Of a stretch of DNA of 36,283 nt, positions 10,756-21,428 are shown in pieces. Positions within the stretch are counted from its first letter, which is position 1; the number at the start of each line of letters is the position of its first letter. The translations under genes and the position numbers were made by a program. The notes beneath the pieces were generated by a model that had not been told where the DNA came from, did no database searches, and saw nothing but the letters and a program-made list of their open reading frames with translations. Source of the DNA: Catajapyx aquilonaris (Eukaryota); the NCBI GenBank assembly GCA_000934665.2, contig JYFJ02003933.1:1-36283 (forward strand), in the 5' to 3' direction.

Positions 10756-11199
10756 AGTTTGTTCATTACTTTGCATATATCAGATAGTATCTAACCCACA
10801 TGATCAGTCAATAACTACATTTGTTGCGTATCTATTTGTAGAATTTTTTTACAGTGGATAGTCCGCCATTATTAAATAAGGAGACCGCAGGGGTGGCAGT
10901 TGGTGGAGATTGCTAGGGTAGATAAAAAAAAACTTCGAAGAAAGCAAAAAGGCATCCATCCCTACGCATCTGTTGCATTATGGAGAAGGAGAAAGTAATC
11001 GATTATTTTTGGTTGGGAGANGGGGGGGGGGGGGGGGGGGGGGGGGGTGTCGATATTAGAAGTTTGCTTCCACAGTCTCGTGTTGAAAACCCAGTTTTTT
11101 CGTAAGAGTACTAGACTTTTAGATCAGGAATGTGCTGCATAAATCACCGTTTTTGTTGAGAAAACTAAGAGAAAAAAAACCTAGTAAGAAGATACTCAC

Positions 11200-11307
11200 A
11201 AGCTTTGTCGCCTTGTGGCCAGTCGTATTGGATGCCCTTCCCTGATCCTTTGGATGATTTCTGCTCTGACTTGCCGATCTGATTCAGACTGGACTGGTAG
11301 TGGGAAC
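11200..11307 (-). CDS. Membrane-proximal stalk exon of the DIP/lachesin-like gene
   Basis: Acceptor cctttgtcttttcAG, donor GTGAGT, 108 bp, phase 1-1, open in the required frame: (G)SHYQSSLNQIGKSEQKSSKGSGKGIQYDWPQGDKA. Unique sequence between repeats. Confidence 0.8.
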
Positions 11308-11481
11308 CTGAAAAGACAAAGGTCACAGTTTGTGAAATGAAACACAATGTAAGGGATTCGAATGGGGAATATTGTTATGACTCATCACGGTCATCACAAT
11401 ACCCCCCATCCAAGCAAAAAAAAATTTAAATTTTTTGTGATTTTTGCTGTGAGGAGGCTGTGAGGAGCCATCAGTGTGTAA

Positions 11482-11716
11482 AGGGCGGTATCCACTGCTC
11501 AATATTAAGGGGTTTCAACCCGTTCAACCCCTTGAATCAGCCCCTTGAGTGGGCTTGAACCAAGTAGCGCACGGCCCTACTCGGTTCAACCCCTTGAATT
11601 CAATGGGTTGAACCGAGTAGGGCCGTATTCTACTTGGTTCAAGCCACTCACGGGGTTGATTCAAGGGGTTGAACGGGTTGAAACCTCTTGTTATTGCGAG
11701 CAGTGGATACCGCCCT
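11482..11716. mobile_element. PIF/Harbinger (Tourist-like) MITE, fully palindromic
   Basis: TAA TSD at 11479-11481 and 11717-11719; agggcggtatccactgctc...gagcagtggataccgccct; symmetry runs to central gaattc at 11596-11601. Confidence 0.92.
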
Positions 11717-11961
11717 TAAGGAGTGTCAACAATTTTGCTGAGAGGGGAGGTGTTGTGATGGCTTCTCACGCCATCACAATACCCAGCAAATGTTTCTCAC
11801 TTTTGATTTTCACAATGATTTTTTTTGCTATAGGAGCCATGACAATATCCCCTCTTCCAGGCAAAAAAATCACACATTTTTTGGATTTTTTTCTGGGGTT
11901 CTGTGATGACTGAAGAGCCATCACAATACGTCCCATCCCAGAAAAAAAAATTCGACGCTTC

Positions 11962-12282
11962 CAAGGAGTTAGCAACTCCCCAAAAAAGTGTCCAACAGAT
12001 CCTGGAACCGGGAGGTTCCGCCCGGTTCCGCCCGGTTCCACCCGGTTCAACCCCGGTTCCAGCCCGGTTCCAGCCCGGTTCCCGGTTCCAGCCCGGTTCC
12101 CGGTTCCAGCCCGGCTCCACCCCGGCTCCACCCCGGTTCCACCCCGGCTCCACCCCGGCTCCACCCCGGTTCCACCCCGGTTCCACCCCGGCTCCACCCC
12201 GGCTCCACCCCGGCTCCCCCCCGGCTCCACCAGGTTCCTTGGCCAGTATGTACGCCAGTTCCAGGGAATTGCTAACCCCTTG
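11962..12282. mobile_element. hAT MITE with expanded internal CCCCGG(C/T)TCCA minisatellite
   Basis: Perfect 8-bp TSD gacgcttc at 11954-11961 and 12283-12290; TIRs caaggagttagcaactcc / ggaattgctaaccccttg. Confidence 0.93.
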
Positions 12283-13149
12283 GACGCTTCTCACTGTAAT
12301 GGCTCCTCACAGCCTTCACAGTACCCCCAGAAAAAATATCAAAAAATCGGAAGATTTTTTGCTGTAATGGCGGAAATTGTCATGGTCAGCCATTACAATA
12401 CCCTTCTCTCATCAAAAAAAAAACTTCGCAATTCTCACTCATGCTAATACTGAACATTTGAGTCTATAGCTCTTCTCCTAGATATAGGTGTCCTCCGATT
12501 TCCTTTCCATCTCCAAACAAAATGGCAGGACAAACTGTATAGACTCGGCTTCAATCCCATCTGCACAGCTCGCTTCCCTCATTGCCCATTCTCCTTGAAA
12601 TTACGGGTCGCCTCCGAATGGAGACTAGTCCTGAACATGCTGGACTGCATTTGAGGATAGGCCTAAACCATTCCCCAAAGGGGAAAACCCCTTTTGAAAG
12701 TGAAAACCGGACCAAATTCGTTTCCAAATGGACAGTCTTTTGAGTAAGAAGATTTTTTTCAACAATGGACGTCAATACGGGTTGGGATTATTGCTAGTTG
12801 TGTGTACTATAACCGGTGTTTATAGCGGGTATAAATTAACGTGGGTGGAGTGTTTGATGTGGATGTGACATATTACAAGTGCCGCACACGCATGGTATTG
12901 ATTGTTTTTATAACGTGCCAACAATCCATCGTATGTTGGCAGGGTGTGATGTATGACAAAGGAATTGCCAAAGTGAATTCGCCACCTTGTGTTCTAATTA
13001 ATGTTGCAGCCGTTTCGAGGGGTCAATTTGTGGGGGATGGTGAGGGTTGAATAGAACGCTGATTTCTAGATGGATGGGAATGTCGGACAAAAATAGATCG
13101 GTCTGTTAGACATCTCTAGTTTGATATTTAAAATTGTGTACGCATATAC

Positions 13150-14050
13150 GCTGATATGATTCTCAAATATCCGTAAATTGATAAATCGAAAAATTAAAAA
13201 TCAATAGAGGGAAAAAATGGCATGTCGTTAAATTAATTTAATACCGATATATCGACAATATCACACCAATAGCAATATATCACAAATATAAAGTCGATGT
13301 ATATAAAATTTTAAAATTGATCCATCTAAAAATGGAATATCGATAGATTTAGAATATACAGTTGATACATCACACATTTTGAAAATATAAAGTCGTTGTA
13401 TCGAAAAATCGAAAAATTAACAGACCTATATCGAATATTGTAATATTCTTATATCGAAAATGTTAAAATTATAAATCGGAAAAATCGAATATCGACGGAT
13501 TGAAAATGTAAAGTTGGTATGTTAAAATGATAATACCTATATATAATGAAAATATAAAGTTCATTATCGAAAATGTTTAAAATAATAGATCGATCGAAAA
13601 ATAGATAGATTGAAAATATAAAGTTGATGTATTGAGATTTCTAAAATTCAATACCGATATATCGAGAATGTAATGTCGATGTAATGTCGATATACCAAAA
13701 AACTTTTCAAAGGATACATCAAAAATTTAATGTGGATATATTGAAACTATAAAATTGATGCATTGAAAAATTTAGAATTGATAAATTGAAAAAGTCGAAT
13801 TCCGACAGATCGAAAATCGAATGTCGAGAAACCGCAAAACTAAAACCGATATATCGAAAATTTTGAATATATCAATATTGAAGATTTAGGAATCGTGAAT
13901 TGCCAAAGCGATAAATCTAAAATATATGAAAAGTACACAATGTCGAAACGAAATATCGATATCATAACTGCGACATAAATCGATATCATATTTAAAATCT
14001 GTATATATACTAATCTAAATATACTAAACAGATTCGCAAGAATTTTATCT
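13150..14050. repeat. Very AT-rich degenerate tract rich in atcga/tcgat motifs
   Basis: Recurring tatcgaaaa, aatataaagt and gatatatcga motifs without a clean period. Confidence 0.6.
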
Positions 14051-14782
14051 ATCCTATCATAATACCCTATCAAAAATATCAACTAATAATTCGCACTATA
14101 TTAAACATGCACAACTCTATTTTGTATTATCTAAAAAAGTCTATATCTCCTGGGTGCAAATCATGTCAACGACCCTTGGCCCCACTTCCCCCTTCCAATC
14201 CCGTCTACTAGATGACTTTTACACCCGGTTAACCAATGAGACGCCTTATCTCAGGATCCGGATCTTGGAATCTAGCAATGCCCCGCCTTTCTAATTCTGA
14301 GTTTCCGGCTGGAAAATCAAGACTAGGGAGGGAGGAGGAAGGAGGAGGGGAAGGGATGGGGAGGGCGCTGGACCGTCTATTTTTTCTCCTGTTCTCTCAG
14401 CGCCTTTTCTTCAAGAAGAGGTGAGGAAGAAGGATGAGGAAGGACGGGAACTCCTCCTGAAAAGGATCCAGATTAAGGGGGGAGAAGAATGCTGGGGAGA
14501 GTGGGGAGAGGAGGGGGAGTTTTGGTCAATTGAAAAGGGGAACAAGAGTTAGAGGGTCTGGCGCCTACAGATCTGATTGTAACGCGGTTTAAGTCCTTTC
14601 CTGCAAGCAACGTGACGTTTACGCTTCGTTTTGTGCACAAAGATAGTTAACACTATTATAGACCTATGTGAAAATGGTGTTCTGATGTCATAGAGCACGT
14701 TTCTATCCAATTTGTCAAAATAATGCCTATAAACAAAGGAAAGTTAAAAGTCGTCCGTATAAAGCTCGCTTTATGGGCGAAC

Positions 14783-15550
14783 CAAACCGATTTTAGTGAA
14801 TGATCCTAGATAGTTTTCATCAAAAATAGTCAGTAGTTACGCTCGAAAAAGAATTTTAAATTTTGCACAAAGTTTACTTTCATAGGTTGATATGCATGGG
14901 TCCCCTAATGCCGTAAATACACTTTGCAGTGAATGATGCTAGATAGTTTTTATCCAAAACAGTCCGTAAATACGTTAGAGAAAGAATTTTGCTTTTAAAC
15001 AATATTTACATTCATAAGTTGATACGAAGTGGTTCTTATTAATCCGGAAATTGCAACAATCTGGAGATATCCAAACTCTATGGGGTTATATTGGCCATGT
15101 GTCTTGCCAATTTTCAAAATAATGTCTGTACACAAACCAGAGCTTGCTGGTTGAACCGAGCCTATTTTAACGAATGATCTTAGATAGTTTTAATCCAAAA
15201 TAGTTGTTAACTATTTATGAGAAAGAATTTTGATTTTGTACAATGTTTACTTTCATATGTTGATATGCGCGCGTCTATTGAATGCTAGACATGACGGTAA
15301 TTGGGTGAACCGAACCTATTTATATGCATGATCCCAGATAGTTTTCATCAAAAATAGTCTGTAACTACGTCAGAGAAAGAATTTTGATTTTGTACAATGT
15401 TTACATTCATAGGGTGCTTGCTGAACTGGACGGTAATAAGGTGAACTGAACCTATTTCTATGCATGATCCCAGATAGTTTTCATTAAAAATAGTCTGTAA
15501 CTACGTTTGAGAAATAATTTTGATTTTTCACAATGTTTACTTTCATAGGT
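14783..15550. repeat. Degenerate about 135-155-bp tandem repeat, 5 copies
   Basis: atgatc..agatagtttt.at..aaaatagt...gaaagaattttgattttgtacaatgtttac at about 14800, 14933, 15174, 15328 and 15464. Confidence 0.85.
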
Positions 15551-16097
15551 TGCAGTGGCTCTATTGATCCGTCGACTGCAACAATCGGGGGATATTCAAA
15601 CCCGATGGTGTTATAAGCTCCCCTAGAACCCCGAGTACGAGTGTGTGAATACATAACTCATGCGTGACCCATTCCCAATATAGCGTGAGATTACTCCACA
15701 TTTTTCGGCGGAAAAACTCGACGCAGATCATGCAGGCTGCAGCCACGATTAAAATTCTATTAAGTCCATGTGTCGCAGGCAGGGTCGCTAAAACAGAGCC
15801 CTGATCTAGTCGAGGGAACCGGTTACAATTCAAGCTCTCTACTCGGGGAATGCAAAATTGATGGCCTAAATTTCACAACCAGGTGTGGCCCCCCCATACG
15901 TTTCTATATCCTCTCGGAGACTATAAATATATGGGTGTTGATGGAATCCTTGCTCCTTTTCATTTTAAGCGTCTATTTGCACTAGGATGTTTGGTACGAA
16001 TTGAGCATTGTTCTTTAGTACTTTCTGATGGTTAAATATAGACATTTTTGGAAAATATAATCCTATAAGATGCAGTCCAGTGTGAATATGATCCTTT

Positions 16098-16705
16098 TGC
16101 TGATCGTTTTGTACATCACTTAATTGAAAATTAAGTTACGTAAAGTACTTAATGCGACCTATCTGACGGCCAAGTTAGTTTTCACACACAATAATTACGG
16201 TACTGTAGAAAAAATATTCAAAGAGTGATCCCATAGTGTAATATGGGGCTCAAATTGTTTTGGCCACCTTATCCTGGTCTTGAAGCAACCCTTCACAGAC
16301 ACACACACATTTCCGCTAATCGTGGGGCCTGTGCGAAGGGTTGCTTCAAGACCAGGATAAAGTGGCCAAAACAATTTGAGCTCCATAGTACAAGCTACAA
16401 TCTTTTCATTACGATTCTGATCGTTTTGTCCATCCCATTTCGATTAAAATTTAGCTGAGCATAGTGCTTAATGTGGCCTATCTGATGTCCAAGTTAGATT
16501 TCATATAACATAAATACATTCCTGTAGATAAATATTCAAAAAGTGATCCCATTAGGTACAATATTTTAATTGCGGTTCTGATCGTTCTGCATGTCAACAA
16601 TTTTAATGAAAATTTAGTTAGTGGTAGTCCATAATACAGTCTATCTGACGGCCAAGTTAGTTTTCACATACAACAACTACAGTCCTGTATATAAATGTTC
16701 CAAAT
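16098..16705. repeat. Degenerate about 160-bp tandem repeat, 3 copies, interrupted by MITE A
   Basis: ctgatcgttt...ctatctga.g.ccaagttag.tttca at about 16100, 16417 and 16578. Confidence 0.8.
16241..16388. mobile_element. MITE family A
   Basis: About 54-bp TIRs (tatggggctcaaattgttttggccac.ttatcctggtcttgaagcaacccttc), TA on both sides. Confidence 0.9.
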
Positions 16706-17288
16706 CTCATAAGGCAGCAATCACAAAATCACCGAAATTTCACCGTTTATCTATCCTTCCACCTATAAATTCCTAGATAGAAATTCCACTTCCTTTTCGC
16801 TTCAATTTACACTCTTGTTTTCCCCTCCGGATTAGTCTGGGGCCCCGCGTCAAAACAATTAGGATATTAGACGACTCCCAGGCTCTTACAAGGCTCGAAA
16901 ATTCCGTAAATCTGGTAACCCTTCCTACTTCCTCATCCTTGCTTCCTGCAGGGATTAGAATTATGAATAGAGGTGGAAAATAATTCCGGACTGCTCCTGG
17001 CTTCCGACCAATTAGGACTAAGTGCCATTCGGGACACGAAAGGGTTTTTGGCAAAATGGCCGCCAGTGGAAAGAAAAAAACCTTAGGAGACACGATTGTT
17101 GTCGCTTCAGTGTTTGTAGGATTTTCCGTACGACTCCGACTGGAACCATCTCATGTGTAATGAGCAGTGAACGTGGGCCACTATCCTTTGGATCGAATCG
17201 TTTCCGAAGGGACATTCTGACATGGAGGTAGTGGCCTTTAAGCTCAGTGGAGGGAATGTCAACTCTGTTCTACTTTTTTTTTTGGAGA

Positions 17289-18273
17289 CTAGAAGTGTTG
17301 TAGAAGGGTTTAGAGGGTATTCGCTACGCTCGGCGGTAGGGATTCGCCCATCCGCACCACCCCTGTTGGGCTTCGCCCCCTTTGCGCGCCGTCGACGGTT
17401 GGAACGGTTGGACGGGGGTCCGGAGCGGGCCCCGATTTCTCCGACGGGACCTTTCCCTTTAGGGCTCTACGGAGGCCTGGGTGACCAGGCAGAAGTCAAG
17501 AGGCCTATCGGACGAGATTGGGGCGAGCTATACTAATACTACTATACTAATACTACAAATACTCGTAGTTCCTCCTCTCATCCACCAGAGGCGCTGCCTC
17601 TCCCCATTACGTATACCGTGGAGGTACAGGGCCACAAGTGCTTTAAAATTTTGCTTTTAATATTTACACAGTATGTAAAAATTTAACTTATAGTAATACT
17701 AGTTCCTCATATCGACCAGAGGCGCTGCCTGTTCCCGTTACACAGGCAGAGAACAGGGGCCAATATGAAGCGTCGGTCATACTATGATTTTTATATTGTA
17801 GAATTTTAAAATAAAATTAAACATTTGTTGATGTAACTATTAGAGATACCATAGAAATCACCAACTTCTGACGCGTCGTCTCTGATTGGCTGGAGTAATT
17901 TTGGACTGTTTACGTGCCCTTTGGACGTCGCCATCTTGCCTTGCGATGAAAAAGTGGTTGGTTATGACTTCACGGTCGACTCCCATTGGCAGGAGTAGCC
18001 TACTCCAGCCAATCGGAGTCGACTGTGACGTCAGAACCGACCACTTTTCAAGATGGCGGCCTCCATAGGACATGCAACCAGTCCAAAATTACTTCAGCCA
18101 ATCAGAGATGAAGTCATGTCAAAAGTTGGCGACTGTTCGTCGATGCTCTCTAACTAATGTACCTCGTCCCATCCACCAGAGGCGCTTCCTCTCCCCATTA
18201 CGCATGCGCAAAACGGGAGGCAATCGGAAGCGCAAACAGACGCCAATCATACAACAGATTTTAATAATATAGA
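17289..18273 (-). mobile_element. Putative non-autonomous Helitron
   Basis: Minus strand A|TCTATATTATTAAAA...gccgagcgtagcgaa...CTAG|T, no TSD; three internal ccagaggcgct repeats. The repeat unit extends past the proposed 5' end, so boundaries are uncertain. Confidence 0.5.
17841..18152. mobile_element. Nested MITE-like inverted-repeat element
   Basis: tagaga...ccaacttctgac..tctctgattggctggagtaattttggactg pairs with cagtccaaaattacttcagccaatcagaga..gtcaaaagttgg...ctctcta; TSD unclear. Confidence 0.65.
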
Positions 18274-18792
18274 TTTTTAAATTATTAAATTAAACATTTG
18301 TACTAAACTGTATTAATGACAACAATGTGAGGTGCTAATAGAGCCAGGTTGCAACCATTGTTGGAAACTACTCATGTTTATCTCCCTCTAAACCACACTT
18401 TAAATAAATTTAAAGCTAGTTGCCAATAAAGGCAGACTATAGTTCGGAACAATTGTGAATATTTTGTGTGCGTATGCTTTGAGAAGTAGTTTGTCAAGAG
18501 CGGGGCTGTAATTATTGTAATTATTGTGCAAATTTGGTTACAGTTTTCTCATTATTTCCTCTGCCCTCCCCAACTTCCACTTATTTGCATACATAGTCCA
18601 CTAGCCAATTCTGTTCAAGCATAGACTATAGTCCCATCGGACACAAAAGTTGAGAGTGTACGAGACCTACATGTAAAATAATTTTCAGCACTCTAGCAAG
18701 GTGAATTCTTCACAAACATTGCTAAAGTGCTGATGGTTATTTTTCCCCCCACAAACAATCACTGTCAGAATCATTGTTTGGTGTGACTTGAC

Positions 18793-18885
18793 CTGTGCAG
18801 TGAACGGGCTCATTGTTACTACTAATGGGCATCATTGTTGGTTCCTCCCCACAGAATTTTTGGAACTGGGGGTGGGCCAAAACAA
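18793..18885 (-). CDS. Candidate additional or alternative stalk exon
   Basis: Strong acceptor gtttttctttcAG, 93 bp, open in phase 1 ((V)VLAHPQFQKFCGEEPTMMPISSNNEPVHCT), but weak donor CAG|GTCAAG and no recognised homology. Confidence 0.25.
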
Positions 18886-19278
18886 CTGAAAGAAAAACCT
18901 CGTTCTGGATGCAACATTCACAGAAGATTCGATTCCCTGAGAGAGACTATGAGGTGGGGAGATGGGGGAAGGCGGTGGGGGGGTATTTTCCCAAAGACAT
19001 TGACTGGTCCTCGCGATTGAAAACATGCGTCGCTTACCAATGAGGTTAATTCGCCAGTAGAAAGGACTAGGATCCGGACTTGGGTTTAGGACCCATTCCA
19101 ACAAGGGAGGGTTGGGGACAAAGTTGGGGACATAAAAATACCTGACTTCCCTACATGCAAAGTGATACCTCCCCTAGGGAGGATTTTGCAGGTGGGGGAA
19201 GGCGGGGAGGTGTAATCTGGATCAAATGGAGGGAATGTGAATGAGAATGAAGATTGTAGAGGTGAATAAGAGAAAGAA

Positions 19279-19658
19279 AGTAGAGCATGAATGTGAATGA
19301 GAGTCAGAGTGTAAAGAATGTGAATGGGAGTCAGAGTGTAAAGAATGGGAGTCAGAGTGTAAAGAATGAGGGTCAGAGTCAGAAAGTAAAGAATGAGAAA
19401 GTAAGGAATGAAAGTCAGAAAGTAAAGAATGAGAAAGTAAGGAATGAAAGTCAGAAAGTAAAGAATGAGAGTCAGAAAGTAAAGAATGATAGTCAGAAAG
19501 TCAAGAATGATAGTCAGAAAGTCAAGAATGAAAGTCAGCAAGTAAAGAATGAGAGTTAGAAAGTAAAGAATGAGAGTCAGAAAGTCAAGAATGAGAGTCA
19601 GAAAGTCAAGAATGAGAGTCAGAAAGTCAAGAATGAGAGTCAGAAAGTCAAGAATGGG
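19279..19658. repeat. 21-bp purine-rich minisatellite
   Basis: gagagtcagaaagt(a/c)aagaat repeated; source of the spurious ESQKVKN and LTFILYF ORFs. Confidence 0.95.
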
Positions 19659-20715
19659 ACTTAGGTGTGACTCAGGTGTGAATGAGAATAAAAAGTAATG
19701 AATGTGAATGTGAATTAAATATAAAGAATAGGAATGGGGTGTGTGAATGAGGTGACTGAGAGTAAGGGTTGTAAATAAGCAAAAAGCACATGAAAGAAAA
19801 ATGAGGATTAAAATAAACTTACATGGAAGTAAACAATATAGATATGAATAGTAAATATGTGTGCCTCGTAATTAAACGCGTTCAAATTTGATACTGGCTG
19901 CATATCAAATGTATTAGTTAATTTTCAGCAAAAATATTCTGGAATAATTACATCGCGAAAATATTCTGGAATAATTACATCTCAAAAATATCTGCACTTT
20001 TACGTCCTAAGTGCATGCATGTGCTTTTTTTAAAAAATCTACATAGTGAACGTGATAAGCAGTGACACTAGTGTCTCACCTAACATTCGCAACTAACTGG
20101 TAGTAACTATTAGGTTCGGGAAGGATAGTGAATAGTGCATATGTTAATTAAAAATGGGTGATTCAAGCATAAAGAGCGAGCAAAAAAATAAGCGTTATTT
20201 TTTTTGAATGTCTTGTTTACCGAAAGCGCAGTGATTTTTTAAAATTATTTTGGTAAATAGTGATAGATGCTGGTTATGTAATAATATATATGTTGACGGC
20301 CTACCTTTTTCTCCCAAGCCGACTGTGAGTGAACTTGGACTTCTATAAATAGAGAAGTTTTCGCTCTTTTCCCAATGTTGATCTGGAAGGGAAAATAAAA
20401 ATAGGAAAGAAAACTATGGGGGGGGGGGGGNGGGGGGGGGTAGATATAGGGAAATTTCTTTTTCCTTTCTCTGGGACATTATTGCCAATTGTTATGAAAA
20501 ATTGGATATCGAGTCGTCATAGGCCCCTAAGTTCCTCAATGGTGCCCATTTTTTTTTGATTTTAAAAAATTTTTTGAAGCCCGGAGAATGAAAATTATTT
20601 TTGTACAATCCGATAGAACCTGGCTGAATCTTTTCAACAATTGTTTTATGTCGTGTGGTCTGCCATGTTTTTGAGTGTCAGGGATGTCAATATGGAATAT
20701 TAAAAAATGACTTAC

Positions 20716-20784
20716 CTTTAATTTTTTCTGGTAACGCCTTTTCTGTGGTTGTGGATGGTGGTATTGTTGACGGTGGTGTCGAAG
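20716..20784 (-). CDS. Small Ser/Thr/Pro-rich stalk exon of the same DIP/lachesin-like gene
   Basis: Acceptor tttctttgttacAG, donor AAG|GTAAGT, 69 bp, phase 1-1. Splices in frame to give ...IRLY-TSTPPSTIPPSTTTEKALPEKIK, like the S/T/P-rich segment after Ig3 in DIPs. Confidence 0.85.
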
Positions 20785-20919
20785 CTGTAACAAAGAAATG
20801 GCGAATTAATACACTTTATTGCTAGACACTGAGGTGTGCATTTTTCTAAATTTTTGGTGCTTTAGAACACCTGCAGTTCTAAAGCGCTACATCATGATAC
20901 AGCTCTATTATGAATAATA

Positions 20920-21428
20920 TTTATTTATTTATTTTTATTTCGGCGTTGCTTGGGTTATGAAATACTTTGAATGAATCGATGTATCGATGCTACGTCCGGG
21001 GTTCCCGCTTTTCTGCCCTTTCGCCTCCTGAGGCCAAGGATGACCTCGGAGGTCAAGTCCAAATGTCCTAAAACCTTCCCCGTTAAAAACTACCCCTAAT
21101 GATCACCCTGGGGCATACGTCGAGGCCTCCGTATTGATTTGCATCTGGAACAAGGGGACATACGTTGTGAAATATGTATTTTGGGAGACTCGGCGCTCCA
21201 TTAGGGGGGTGGAATACCACTAGGGCCTACTTTCTGAAACTTTCACACATGGATGGGGCCAATGATAGGGAAGGAAGGAAGCGGCTGTGGCCTATTATAC
21301 GGAAACGACCCCGGAATTATCCTGGGAGACCGTGGAAACCACGGTCAGAATCGCCGACCCCAGGTATCGAACCCAGGACCTCCCAATTAGCAGTCAGCCA
21401 CCTTAACCACTACACCAACCTGCTTCGG
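20920..21428 (-). mobile_element. tRNA-derived SINE with family-2 head and a different 3' body/tail
   Basis: Minus strand A box TGGTGTAGTGG, B box GGTTCGATACC; about 165 bp homologous to 10068-10245; (TAAA)n tail at 20920-20940; TSD attatgRataata at 20907-20919 and 21432-21444. Confidence 0.88.

Larger units (their letters stand above)
11350..12420. repeat. Degenerate repeat element with recurring (ga)gccatcacaatacc motifs in both orientations, hosting two MITEs
   Basis: Motif or its reverse complement at about 11365-11405, 11750-11785, 11835, 11915 and 12388. Confidence 0.6.

Noticed and set aside
11021..11047. Long poly-G runs here, at about 20418-20440 and at about 31806-31817 as G4 elements
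   Set aside because: Each contains an N, indicating homopolymer assembly uncertainty, so length and continuity are unreliable.
11766..12367. Pro/Gly-rich ORFs on both strands
   Set aside because: They arise from the stop-free minisatellite inside the hAT MITE.
15780..15810. Hairpin followed by CTAGT as a Helitron 3' end
   Set aside because: Hairpin is too close to CTAG and no matching 5' TC end was identified.
19086..19559. ESQKVKN and hydrophobic LTFILYF repeat proteins
   Set aside because: Translations of a 21-bp minisatellite with no exon support.
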